Source of the DNA: Scyliorhinus canicula
Lineage: Eukaryota
NCBI RefSeq assembly: GCF_902713615.1
Contig: NC_052164.1
Span: 86,341,830-86,405,829, forward strand
DNA: 64,000 nt
Reading direction: 5' to 3'
The first letter of the stretch is position 1, and each line of letters starts with the position of its first letter. Shown one piece after another: positions 48,435 through 61,299 of this stretch. The position numbers and the translations under genes are program-made. Under the pieces are notes generated by a model. The model was given only the letters and a program-made list of their open reading frames with translations. It had not been told where the DNA came from and did not search any database.

Positions 48435-48800
48435 ACAGGATGTAGACATCACTCGTTGGAGCAGCATTTATTGCCCATCCCTAATTGCCCTTCAACTGAG
48501 TGGCTTGCTAGGCCATTTCAGAGGGCATTTTAAGAACCACATATATGTGGATCTGGAGTCACATATAGGCCTGACCAGATAAGGTGTGGCTGATTTCCTT
48601 CCCTAAAGGGAATTAGCAAACCAGACGGGTTTTTACAACAATTGACAATGATTTAATGGTCATCACTAGACTTTTGATTCCAGAATTTTGTTGAATTTAA
48701 ACTTCACCATCTGCTGTGGAGGAATTCAACCCCGGGTCCCCATAGCATTACCCTGGATCTCTGGATTACAAATCCAGTAATAACACCACAATGCCATTGT
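48435..48800 (-). mobile_element. tRNA-derived SINE, second family, nested in a Penelope terminal remnant
   Basis: Core shared with 44965-45418; the flanks CCTGAAATGTTAACTC..CACAGAT / CTGTTGAGCATTTT resemble 1941-2015. Confidence 0.65.
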
Positions 48801-49389
48801 ATCCGGTCTGTTGAGCATTTTTAGTTTTAGATTTCAGATTTTCAGCAGCCACAGTATTTTGCTATTGCTTATAAATTGCTGAAACAAACTCAATAATATT
48901 GATCAACATTGTATATTTATGCCATTTAAATTAGTTTTAATTTCTTACCATTCGGTTTTTATTCACATTGGACACCTTTATCTCTACTTCCCTGAATGTG
49001 ACACCATGTTGACACACTTGCTTATTTCTTGTCAAATTTGCCTTGCTCTATACATAAGGGATGGAGGAGGAGGTTAACATTCATCCTGTAAATTATATCA
49101 TTACTGCAAACAGCCTTGGCAAGATCACCAAATTTATTTCCTACTGCCTCCTTTGCTTAATCAATGCATCAACCTGCTCCCGCTGAGCTACGAGGAAATG
49201 TATTCTTCAGCGGTGTCTTTTATGACAATAATTTCAAGCTCTCAAGTCCCATTAAGGAAGATGATGCATTTCAGCATGTGAGCTACAATATAACCCGCAG
49301 AAGGATTGCTATCCATTTATTTCCATGCGATTAGTACCTTACTTTCTTACGATCGTGTGGCTCTTTTCTGATTATTCACCAATTTATTA

Positions 49390-50209
49390 ACAGGGGGCTT
49401 GAGTTTAAGAGCCGTGGGGTTATGCTGCAACTGTACAGGACCCTGGTGAGACCACATTTGAAGTATTGTGTGCAGTTCTGGTCACCCCATTATAGGAAGG
49501 ATGTAGAAGCATTGAAAAGGGTGCAAAGGAGATTTACCAGGATGCTGCCTGGATTGGAGGGTGGGTCTTATGAGGAAAGGTTGAGGGATCTCGGGCTTTT
49601 CTCATTGGAGCGAAGGAGAATGAGAGGCGACTTATCATAGAATTTACAGTGCAGAAGGAGGCCATTCAGCCCATCGAGTCTGCACCGGCTCTTGGAAAGA
49701 GCACCCTACCCAAGGTCAACAACTCCACCCTATCCCCATAACCCAGTAACCCAGTAACCCCACCCAACACTAAGGGCAATTTTGGACACTAAGGGAAATT
49801 TATCATGGCCAATCCACCTAACCTGCACATCTTTGGACTGTGGGAAGAAACCGGAGCACCCGGAGGAAACCCACGCACACATGAGGGGGATAGAGTGCAT
49901 ATTTAGAGACTATTTCCTCGGGTGGATGTAGCTGTTACAAGGGGGCATAACTATAAGGTTCAGGATGGGAGATATAGGAGGGATGTCCGAGGTAGGTTTT
50001 TTACACAGAGAGTGGTTAGGGTGTGGAATGGACTGCCTGCTGTGATAGTGGAGTCGAACACTTCTGGAACTTTCAAGCGGTTATTGGATAGGCACATGGA
50101 GCACACCTAATGACAGGGAGTGGGATAGCTTGATCTTGGTTTCGGACAATGCTCGGCACAACAGCGAGGGCCGAAGGGCCTGTTCTGTGCTGTACTGTTC
50201 TATGTTCTA
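49390..50209 (+). mobile_element. CR1 3' fragment interrupted by a minus-strand SINE (~49636-49882)
   Basis: MLQLYRTLVRPHLKYCVQFWSPHY; tail GGGCCGAAGGGCCTGTTCTG..GTTCTATGTTCT. Confidence 0.9.
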
Positions 50210-52164
50210 ATCTTGTTTAGTTTTTCCTCAGCTCTTCTTGTAGTTCTCACCTTTCTTCTCTTTGATTAACTTCATCTTCTCATTGCAGGTTCATCCCTCA
50301 ACTAACTGTCACTTACCCTTCCTCACACCCACTTCTGCTAACATTCTAGAACTTGGCTGCTTCAAATCAGAGGTCCATCCTTTATGATGATTGGCTTCAG
50401 AGCAGTGGCTGCTTCCATTGCTGATTTAACACAGTTGATTAGATTCTTCATTCATTGGTGAGTTAGTCGCAGCCTGGGATTTCTGCTCATCCACCCACAT
50501 CTTTACAACTAACCTGGTCAAATGTCCTCTGAAGGATCTCATTAAGGACATTATGCAACATCTCTATTAAAGCCATAATGGAGATGGTTGGGTCATTCCA
50601 CCATCAGACACTTGGCAACCTCATTACTGTAAAGTGGCTGGGATTGGTTTTACAGACATCATTTGTATCATTTACCTCCACTGCCTGCATTTTGCTGGAG
50701 AAATTATCTGGTCTTATCTTAATGGCCACTTAAGGGTCTTTTCCCACCCAGCCTCATTGTTTAGGTTGGCGGGCGGATGATAAATCAGGGAGGGAATCCC
50801 GGGATTGAACATATCTTGGGTGGGAAGGGGACAGGTGCTTCTATTGGAAGGTCCCTTCTGACTGGGGGCAACCCACTCCCCCCCCCCCCCCCCCGACCTT
50901 GGAACCTTGGAGCCCAGAGAAGTCTGGACCTCTATTCCCCACATGATTCCCCCCCCCCCCCCCCCCGGCCTTGTACCCCTCACTTCCCCCCCCCAGAACT
51001 TTCGTACCACTTCCCAATCCCACCTCCCATCCCCAGCCACCCCACCCCCTCAGATCTTGATCCCTGCCTTTTACCTTCCTCTGGTTCCTGCCGCTTACTT
51101 CCAGGCATCTCGCTGCAGCGCCTTTTCTGGCCACTGCAGTGCTGTTCCTGGAATGACCCGAGAGCTGCTGACCAATTTGATTGGCTGGCAGCTCCCCAAG
51201 GCAGGACATCCTCCTGGAGATGGGTGGAAGTCCTGCTTTCTGACAAACAGGCCTCGTTACAGCATGAAATGGCATCCGGGTTTGCTGGAATTTGTGGGGA
51301 CGCATTCCCCGCTGACTCCTCGGAGAACCATCCTGAAAATTCGAGCCAATGAACCATGCTTCACTCAAAATAAATTCCGATCCCGATTTTGTTCTTTTCA
51401 TTTCCAAATTTCATTTCCAAATTTGGTAAACCAGCATGTGATCCCATAATTGTGTAGCCAGTCCTTTAGCAAGAATGCATTTATATTAAAGAGACTCGAC
51501 AATGATGATCGAATGACTGTGTTGCAAGGGCGGTTTGTAAATGGACAATCATCAGAACTGGGCCAAGTTTTGCAATCCAGGAATCAGTGAGGCTTTAATG
51601 TGAACTTCAAATAAAAACAAACTGGATGTTGAAATTGTTCTACGAAGAAGGGCACAACAATAGCAGTCAAACCGCATGAGTATGTATTTATCCAGATTAA
51701 AGTGACTCTCTTGACCATTGAATTCCTGTGGACAAGTTCTAAATAGCACTTACAAACAGTTATGGTTCCATCATGTTTGTGTCGGCTCACATGTCCTTTG
51801 GAAATACTAATTCCAAGGCCTGAATTTGCAGCCTGCCATGTGAGCATGATCAGAGTTAACAGAAGCAGATGTGAAATCCATTCTCCACCCGCACTCAGCT
51901 CCCAAACTCAATCTCATGCTGGCTGACCAAATAATTGCTGGCAAGCAATAAATGCACACTGAGAGGGGACCAACGTTACCGGTGGGGACGGGAAAGGGAT
52001 GGGCAACAGAGACATCAAGTGTGCGGGTGCGGGATTTAAATGCATCCCCCTGAAGGCTGGAACTGCACTCAGAGCCTCACGGAGTCGGTTTGGAATTCAG
52101 AATTGATTGGTCACCGTTTATAAATTAGAGTGCCACTCCTGCGCCCGCGATGGTATCGTTGGCT

Positions 52165-54600
52165 GGAGCCCATGTCCAGATCCAGTGTCCCCCAACTCTT
52201 GGATGAGTGCCTTAGGGTCTTGCTGGAGGCAAGACACTGTCGTGACATCTTGCTGCCACACAATGGCAAGAGGAAGCCACCTCACTTGATAAAGCCAGGA
52301 CGAAGGTGGCCGAGCGGGTCAGTGGCCGTGGCATAGTTTGTAGAACCTTGATCCAGTGTCACAAAAGATTCAGTGACCTGCACTCTGCCAGGGTGAGTAC
52401 TGATTCCTGTTAGAGCCTTGGGTGGATGTCTTTGTGGGTGGCAGCACATACTGGTGCTCAGGAGTGTGAAATGCAGAATGTAATGTGACACAAATTGATG
52501 AACCTTTTTTTTTAAATATAATTTTTATTGGAATTTTTTACAGAAAATATAAAACATAACGACAAACAATGAAATGCAACAAAATAACCCATAATAACTG
52601 TGACACCCCCAGACCGTATTGGCGCATTTATCACATCCCCCCACCCCCCCAACCCTAATGAACAACAAAAGAACTTAAAAAATATTAAAATTAAATAAAC
52701 AAACATAGTCATTGTCGCCCCCCCCCCCCCTTTTCCCTCCCCTTTTCCCTCCCCTTTTCCCTCCCCGGGTTGCTGCTGCTGCTGTCCCCGTACCCTATCG
52801 TTGAGCCAGAAAGTCGAGAAAAGGCTGCCACCGCCTAAAGAACCCTTGTACCGACCCTCTCAGGGCGAATTTGACCTTCTCTAGCTTAATGAAACCCGCC
52901 ATGTCATTGATCCAGGTCTCCACGCTTGGGGGCCTCACATCCTTCCATTGTAGCAAGATCCTTCGCCGGGCTATTAGGGACGCAAAGGCCAGCACACCGG
53001 CCTCTTTCGCCTCCTGCACTCCCGGCTCCACCCCAACCCCAAAAATCGCGAGTCCCCATCCTGGCTTGACCCTGGATCCTACCACCCTCGACACCGTCCT
53101 CGCCACCCCCTTCCAGAACTCCTCCAGTGCCGGGCATGCCCAGAACATATGGGCATGGTTCGCTGGACTCCCCGAGCACCTGACACACCTGTCCTCACCC
53201 CCAAAGAACCTACTCATCCTCGTCCCAGTCATGTGTGCCCGGTGCAACACCTTGAATGGGATGAGGCTAAGCCGCACACACGAGGAGGAAGAATTAACCC
53301 TCTCCAGGGCATCAGCCCATGTCCCGTCTTCAATCTGTTCCCCCAGTTCCCCCTCCCACTTCGTTTTCAGCTCCTCTACTGATGCCTCCTCCGCCTCCTG
53401 CATAACCTTGTAGATATCAGATATCTTCCCCTCTCCGACCCAGACCCCCGAAAGCACCCTGTCGCTCACCCCCCTCGCGGGAAGCGAAGGGAATCCCTCC
53501 ACCTGCCGCCTAGCAAATGCCTTTACCTGCAGATACCTGAACATGTTCCCCGGGGGAGCCCAAATTTCTCCTCCAACTCCCCCAGGCTCGCAAACCTCCC
53601 ATCAATAAACAGGTCCCTCAGCTGTCTGATGCCCGCTCTATGCCAACCCTGAAATCCCCCATCAATGTTCCCCGGGACGAACCTATGGTTCCCCCTTAAC
53701 GGAGCCTCCATCGAGCCCCCCACTTCTCCCCTATGTCGCCTCCACTGCCCCCAAATCTTGAGGGTAGCCGCCACCACCGGACTCGAGGTATACCTCGTAG
53801 GAGGGAACGGCCACGGCGCCGTTACCAGGGCCCCCAGGCTTGTATCACCACAGGACGCCCTCTCTATCCGTTTCCATGCTGCCCCCTCCCCCTCCATTAC
53901 CCACTTGCGCACCATCGACACATTGGCCGCCCAATAATACCCCGAGAGATTGGGTAACGCCAGCCCCCCACCATCTCTACCCCGCTCCAAGAAGAACCTC
54001 TTCACCCCCGGGGTCCCATGCGCCCAAACAAAGCTCATGATGCTGCTAGTCACCCTTCTAAAAAAGGCCCTAGGGATAAAGATGGGCAAACACTGAAAAA
54101 GGAACAAGAACCTCGGGAGAACCGTCATTTTGACGGACTGCACTCTACCCGCCAACGATAGCGGCACCATGTCCCACCTTTTAAATTCCTCTTCCATCTG
54201 CTCCACCAGCCTGGTAAAATTAAGCTTATGGAGAGTCCCCCAACTCCTGGCCACCTGCACCCCCAGGTATTTGAAACTCTTTACTGCCCTCTTAAATGGG
54301 AGTCTCCCGATTCCCTCCTCAAATTGATGAACCTTGATCGACCACCGCTGGCATGTATGTCAGGGTGATGTGTGACAATGTGATGGGCAACTGGTGCTGT
54401 TTTGCGGGGAGAGGCTGCAAAGTCCCAGCATGTTGAGGGGGACTAATGAAAGCACTTTTATCCTTACAGGAGAAGAGGAGTCACAATGCATTGGTGCGAG
54501 GCTGGGTCAGTGGGGGGAACTCTGCTTATCCTCAGTCAGGCATTGGAGCAGGGCCTGGAAATGGCCTACGAACATGGAGCCAGGTCCACAGGTTACATAG
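52165..54600 (+). pseudogene. Harbinger Myb/SANT-like gene remnant (exon ends at 52392; next exon starts at 54470), with an L1 in its intron
   Basis: VPQLLDECLRVLLE..KVAERVSGRGIVCRTLIQCHKRFSDL; donor AGG|GTGAGT; acceptor TTATCCTTACAG|GAG AAG (EKRSHN). Confidence 0.7.
52507..54319 (-). mobile_element. 5'-truncated L1-clade LINE (young; one frameshift)
   Basis: ORF2 C-terminus (LSLAGRVQSVKM..GGLALPN; CVRC..HMFWAC), a poly(A) end, and a 16-bp TSD CAAATTGATGAACCTT at 52491-52506 and 54320-54335. Confidence 0.93.
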
Positions 54601-55005
54601 AGGCAGAGGTGTTGGATGAGGGTAACAGCCTCATGGAAAGGGCAGAGAATGGTGTAGGATATGAGAGATGTAGGGATGCGGTTGTAAGACTGACATGTAA
54701 AATGCAATTATTCGTATTGCTTGTCCATTCAGAAGTCGTTGCCTAGCCAGATAGCTATTCTTTTTTTTAAACATTTTCCAGTTAAGGGGCAATTGAGCAT
54801 GGCCAATCCACCTTGAGTGGCTGCAGCTGCTCTCTGTCTCTGTTGCTGAGTGCTGGTGGTTGCTGACTTACCTGCAGGAAGGAGAGAGAGAGAGAGGAGA
54901 GTGGAAGGAGAGAAGGAACAAGAGCAACAATAACAACAACAACAGGAAGGTGGCTGCAAAACAAGGGGGGAGTAAAGCCCCTTTGTACTGTTTGATTGCT
55001 GGTCT

Positions 55006-55263
55006 CTCCCGGGCTGAGGGCCCTGCCCTGCCCAGCTGGGCCCCTCCCAGGCTGAGGGCCCGGTCCTGCCCAGCTGGGCCCCTCCCAGGCTGAGGGCCCG
55101 GCCCTGCCCAGCTGGGCCTCTGTCGGGCTGAGGGCCCTGCCTTGCCCAGCTGGGCCCCTCCCGCGCTGAGGGCCCTGCCCTGCCCAGCTGGGCCCCTCCC
55201 AGGCTGAGGGCCCGGCCCTGCCCAGCTAAGCCCCTCCCGGGCTGAGGGCCCGGCCCTGCCCAG
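55006..55263 (+). repeat. 38-bp minisatellite, ~7 copies, in the Tx1 5' region
   Basis: Unit CTCCCRGGCTGAGGGCCCKGCCCTGCCCAGCTGGGCCC. Confidence 0.92.
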
Positions 55264-58200
55264 TTCTCCGAACTGTCAGGCCTTCCTCATTCCATCTGGT
55301 GAGCTTATTCCAGGACGGGGACAAGTGGTTGCTGGGCTTCTCCCGGGCCGAAGATCCCTTACACCAGCAGGGAAATCAGTTCCATTGGGTGGTCGTTCCA
55401 GGGTGGAGCACAGACTGTATTTTGCTGAGCCCTACTTAGGCTGAAGACTTCTTTAAACCAGCATCACTGACCTCAGTGTGGTGACCTAGGGTGGGAGCAC
55501 GGACTGTGTTTTCTTTTTGCTGGGCCCCCTCCTTGTCTGAAGATCCCCAATCCTCCCAACCTCCAGCTTCACCCGGAGTCTCAGGAGACTCTCACCTCGG
55601 GAACCATTCCATCTACGGTGCCCCACCCTCCTGTGTTGCTGACCTCCTCCAACAGTGCTCCTTGTTCTCTCTTCTCTTCCATTCCCTGCTTTGCTCCCCT
55701 GTATACCTTCCAAGGGGGAGAGTACGTCATTCCACCTCGCTCTTCCCTGACAACCCCCTCTCCACTTGACTATCTATTTCCGCAATTAAATTCCAACGCG
55801 ACAAAGCCCACATTGGGGTTGGCATGGCATTTGCCCTGATGGCCACTCCACCTTCGCTGGTGTGGGGGGCTGACCAAAGCCACCTATGCGGGGGTGGTAG
55901 CCTCCTCAGCCTCCACTGCTCCCACAGCCCCGCCACCTTTCCGGTTGCTCACCCGAAAGCTGGGCGAAAAGTGCTACGCTCACCCCACCGTCACCATAGA
56001 GGCGTGCGTTCACGCAATGGCCGGGATCGTCTGCCCCTCAGCCATTGTGGCCGCCTCTCGAATGTACGGGAAAGTCGTGTTCTTCCTGAGGGCCGAGAGG
56101 GTGGTTCACCTCATCCTTGAAAAGGGGCTCACAGTGGGCGGGACCTACGTGGCAGTGGACCCCCTTGAGTCCACTGACGAGCAGGTCATATTGTCCAATG
56201 TCTCACCTTACCTCCCTACCGAGCTCCTCCTCCCCACCTCCAACTACTGGGGGAGATTCGTTCTAAAGTAACACCGCTCCCTCTCAGCCTGAAGGACGCC
56301 CCCCTCAGGCACATCTACTCCTTCCGGCGCCAGGCTTTCACCCGCTTGGCCCGGGAGTATATATATAAGAGGGGGGATTCGAGGTCTCCCATCTAGGGGA
56401 GACCTTCCGCATCTTCTGGTCTGCAGATGGTGTGCGGTGCCACACCTGCAAGAAGGTGGGCCACGTGCGGAAGAACTGTCCCGCTTCCAAAGCCACCACT
56501 GACAACAAGGTGGCTGCGACTGGCACCGCCGGCCTCTCCCCCTCCATTGGCATGACCACCCCGACCCTACAGGAGGACACCGTGCTGGCGCAGGCTGGCT
56601 GGATGGCTACCGGAGTGGAGGAGGGAGGGCATCCACCAGGCCACAAGGCCCGAAAGAAGGCAAGGCAGCGATCGGCTGCAAATACCGCCAACCCCGTCAG
56701 CCGAGAGATCCCTGCGCCCCAGAACTCCGGCCTGTGGGCCACCGCGGGCACTCAAGCTCATTCTGGGCCTATTGACACCTCAGCGTCGGGGAATGGGCCT
56801 GTCGTCGTTTTGGCACGGGTCAGCAAGGGGGGGTGGTGATACGCGTGCTCCCAGGCCGGCGCAGAAGACAGCAACATCTCGAAGCCTGGGGCAAAGTGTT
56901 GAGGGTAGGGGGGGCATTGCGAGAATGGAGGTTTCTCCGGTGCAGGGCATCCCCTGCAAGCGATGCCACTCCTTGGAGGGTTGGGGGGAGAGAAACATCA
57001 TGACCCCCCAAGAACAGAGCGGGTGGCGCCCCGACCCTTGCCCCTTGACATTACACCTCGTCCCCGGAAGAGATTAGAGAAAGTCCATCATCTGTCATCC
57101 CCTGAGCTGTTGCAGCCCCCTTAGCAGGGCGCCTCAGGGCCGGGTGCGAGCGAGACCCCCGAGGGCCCGTTCCGCTCAGTGCCATTTTGCACCTCAGAGG
57201 CGTTCCTTTTTACAACGCCGGAGGGCGGTGACGGCTCCCTGACCTCAGGGTCATTGGGTGGTGGTGGCGAGGAGTGCCTCCCCTCTCCATCCCAGCCTCC
57301 GACGCCGGCAGTCCCCATCTCCACCCCGGAGCTGATTACGGAACTGTTCCCGGGTCTATCCGATGGTGTGGCAGAGGACTCGGTCCCAGACGGCGACTGT
57401 CCAGAGGAGGATGGTTGCTCGGTGGGGGGCAACAGGGCCAGGGTGCGATCGAGACCCTGAGGGCCCATTCCGCTTGGTGCCATTTTGGACCCCAGAGGCG
57501 TTCCTGCTGCGATGGCTCCCTGATCTTGGGGTCATTGGGTGGAGGTGGCGAGGAGCGCCTCCCCTCTCCATCCCAGTGAGATGGTGGGACTCCCTGGTGG
57601 CCGACATCCCTGGGACATCCTGGGGAGTGACTTTGCAGGGGTCCTGGGGGAAAGCATCGCAACCGGGGAGATGTCCCTCTCATGGCGCAGAGCCAACATT
57701 ACCTTGCTGCCAAAGAAGGGGGATCTCCACCACCTTAACTGGCATCCGGTCTCCCTCCTCAGCACGGATTACAAGATTTTTGCCAAGAGTTTGCGCTTTG
57801 GCACCGTGCTGAACCACATGATCCACTCTGACCAGTCCTACACGGTCCCGCACAATCCATGATAACATTAATCTGGTCTGGGACCTGGTCCATCATTCGC
57901 AGAGGGCTGGAATGTTGAGCGTCTTCCTGTCCAATGATCAGGAGAAGGCATTCGACTGAGTGGATCACGAATATTTATTTGGGAATCTGCAAGCATTCGG
58001 GTTTGGGATGCAATTTGTCGCCGGGATCCGACTTCTGTACACTGCCGCAGAGTGTGTCGTTAAGGTTAACAGGTCTCTGATGGTGCCCCTTCGCTTTGAG
58101 AGAGGAGTGCGTCAGGGCCGCCCTTTGTCTGGCCAACCTTAGTCTATTTGCGTGGAGACTTTCCTGTGGCTCCTGCGGAGGAAGCTGTCGGGACTGCTTC

Positions 58201-59109
58201 TGCGTGGGCCGGGCATTGGGGTGGTCCTTTCAGCTTACGCTGATGACGCGCTCCTCGTGTTCACTGACCCTGCTGACCTGCGGAGGATGCGAAAGTGCCA
58301 GGCTGTGTACTCCGACGCGTCCTCTGCCAGGATCAACTGGGCCAAATGTTCCGAACTCCTGGTTGGTCCGTGGCAGACGGACCCCCTCCTAGAGGAGCTC
58401 AGGCCTTCCACCTGGAGCAGGACCAGCCTCCTCTATTTGGGAGTCCACCTTTGCACGGCTGAGGAATCCTGGCCGGCTAACTGGCAGGAGCTGGAGACCA
58501 AGGTCGCCACTCACTTGAGACGCTGGACAGGACTGCTCCGAGTGCTGTCCCACAGGGGTCGAGTTCTCGTCACACACCAGCTGATAGCCTCCATGTTGTG
58601 GTACCGGTTGGTCACTTTGACCGCCTCCCCCTGACTTTGTCAAAAAGATCCAGAGAATGCTTGTAGAGTTCTTCTGGGACAAGGGACTGCACTGGGTCGC
58701 TGCTGAGGCTCCCTAAGGTTTCCCGCTTAGGGAGGGAAGCCAGGTGCGGGTGTGTCTTAGCACCCAGATGGCGGCCTTGCGCTTTCAGACCCTGCAACGA
58801 TACCTTTACGTTGAGCCCCCTCCACGATGGTGTGCCCTGGTGACGCATTTCTTCCACCAGGTGCATGGCCTGAATTATGACGTGCAGCTCCTGTTCATAG
58901 ATCTGCAGGGTCTTCGTTACCCTCTGCAGGCGCTGCCGTCTTTTACCAGAACCTGGTCAAAGTCTGGAACATGGTCGCCTCGCGCCGTAGCTCACCCCCC
59001 CCCCCCCCCCCCCCGCCCCCGCCCCCGCCCCCGCGTCAGGAGTGGTGGCTGTCGTCAGGGAGCTGCTGCTCAGGAATCTGCACATCCACCCAATACGATT
59101 TTGAGTGGC

Positions 59110-59340
59110 TGGCAGAGGAGCGAGCTGTGGCTGCCGCGGTGACCAGGATCGGGGACGTGCTGGGTGGCAGAGGAGCGAGCTGTGGCTGCCGCGGTGACCA
59201 GGATCGGGGACGTGCTGGGTGGCAGAGGAGCGAGCTGTGGCTGCCGCGGTGACCAGGATCGGGGACGTGCTGGGTGGCCGAGGAGCGAGCTGTGGCTGCC
59301 GCGGTGACCAGGATCGGGGATGTGCTGGGTGGCGGAGGAG
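59110..59340 (+). repeat. 55-bp tandem repeat, 4 copies plus a partial, in Tx1 ORF2
   Basis: Units start at 59110, 59165, 59220 and 59275. Confidence 0.93.
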
Positions 59341-59699
59341 TGGGTTAGATGACACCCTACGAGTTAGCACAACGTGCAGCAGTGGACGTCCGGCTCGCAG
59401 CCAATGCCATCCGAGACCTCAAAACGGTCGTGCTCCGACCCGATGGCACTCGTGGTTTGGAGGATGCGCAGGTGTGTGGCGGTATCCCGTCTGGGCGAAT
59501 CCTTGCCCGGATGGAATTCCACATTGGTCCCAGGCCCCGAAACCTCCCTCGGGGGCTGGTGCCCCACAATCCTAGCCGCCTCACTGAAATACCCTCCGTG
59601 ACTTTTCGCACTGTGCGGGGGGGTTTCCTGTACGGGCTGCTGCTGCACACCCTTCACCTCCTTACCCTCGCCCGTCGTCCGGACACGTGCCTTGTTACC

Positions 59700-59928
59700 G
59701 TCCTGCACGTTCTCGCCATGTCTGCGTGGGTTTCCTCCGGGTGCTCCGTTTTCCTCCCACAGTCCAAAGATGTGCAGGTTAGGCAAGTTGGCCATGATAA
59801 ACTGCCTTTCATGTCCAAAAAGGCTAAGAGGGGTTATTGGATTACAGGGATAGGGTGGAAGTGAGGGTTAAATGGGTCGGTGCAGACTCAATGGGCCGAA
59901 TGGCCTCCTTCTGCACTGTATGTTCTAA
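59700..59928 (+). mobile_element. V-SINE-type SINE (5' truncated)
   Basis: V core and tail. Confidence 0.8.
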
Positions 59929-59929
59929 A

Positions 59930-60762
59930 TTATTTAACATTTGTTTAAACACACACAGCAAGAATTTTTATCAATTACAAACAAAAAGACCCCACACAGC
60001 TACAGTAATCTATGTATAACCCTGAATGGATTCTCCCTTAACTGTTCCAAGTCAATGACAAAATCCAATTAAAACTAGAAACCCCTTTTCAAATGCGTGG
60101 CCCAGAACACTGTATTCTCACTTGACTAATATTGTTGTTACTGAAACTCTGTTCCACTTTTCAACCAGCAGATTTGAATTCCTTCCAGAAAGCAATTATG
60201 TCTCCAAGGCCATCACCAAGGGGATGTTTTCACTGGAACAGTATTTTTGTAAATAAAAACAGAGCAAGACAGAGGAAAAAACTTTTTTTCTCTCTGAGTC
60301 CACAGCAGTCCAGATCAAAAGTGAAAGTAAAACTCATAGCAACAGCTCAGCTCCACCCCACAAAATGACATCACTGAAGCCATGTGATAAGACAAAAACC
60401 TTTCTGAAAGGGACATTCACATATCTTCCCCCAAGACAAAAAAAACCCAACTTCAAAGATGGTTTAATTTTTCACCTTTTCACTTGCCCATTAATAACAA
60501 TTGACAATAAACATACATTTTTTTTAAACAGAAACAAAACAGGCAAACAGTTTAAATAAATTAGTCCATTTCAGTTCTTTGGCTTCCTGCAACTGGACTC
60601 CCTCTTGATGGACAGTCTCCTTGGTCAAGAAGGTCTTTGCACAATCCATCCATTTCTCTACGGCATCTGCATCTTTCTTTAAGGTCAGATACTTTTGTTC
60701 AATCCGATCACAAAGCCATGTGATGAGACAAAAACCTTTCTTAAAGGGGCACTCACATGACA
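59930..60762 (-). mobile_element. Internally deleted LTR element remnant
   Basis: The ~50-bp LTR start is duplicated at 60378-60422 and 60714-60762 (minus strand begins TGTCATGTGAG). A purine tract GGGGGAAGA precedes the inner copy. Confidence 0.6.
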
Positions 60763-61299
60763 AGCTCAATCGGAGGTTTCTGGGGTCGCGTTCAGTCCTG
60801 CAAGCTGAACTCAGCAGGTCACTACCAGTCTGGGAGATGATGAGGCACCTAGTAACTCAGCGAGCGGCCTCTTGAGCAGGGAGGTTCAAACCAACCTCAC
60901 GTTGGCAGACGAGCTGCAGCCTGCATCTGCTTGCTCGTCTCAGGGTGCTCTTGATGATGACAGCAGCCCCGCCACTCCTCTGCCAGTGGCCGTCGCATTT
61001 GGTGACACTACGATGACCGAGGAGTCCCGAGCCACGGTGCTGGATTCCCCCACCCAGTTGGGGCCTACACAGGCTCGAGCAATCAGAGGACGACTGCCAA
61101 GGTCATTAAGATGACTGGGCATCAGAATCATCAGGCTGCCACCAATCCAGTTGCCAGTAATGGGGTAGCACCATAACGTAGCATTCACAAACATAAGTTT
61201 AAGTCATACTGATCACATGAGGAGTTGTCATGGGTGTTTCATATTTCATTGCTGTGTGTACTGGTACATTTGTGACTTTTCCTTTGTTGTATAAATGTT

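Larger units (their letters stand above)
54815..59690 (+). mobile_element. Degraded Tx1-type (L1/Tx1) non-LTR retrotransposon, endonuclease region missing
   Basis: ORF1 LTRKLG..AIVAASRMYGKVVFFL with knuckle CHTCKKVGHVRKNC; RT fragments ITLLPKKGD..VSLLSTDYKI, GVRQG, SAYADD. Many frameshifts. Confidence 0.88.

Noticed and set aside
55006-55263. Regular short repeats resembling a CRISPR array (also 59110-59340)
   Set aside because: The units are contiguous with no unique spacers, there are no cas genes, and the context is eukaryotic TE sequence.
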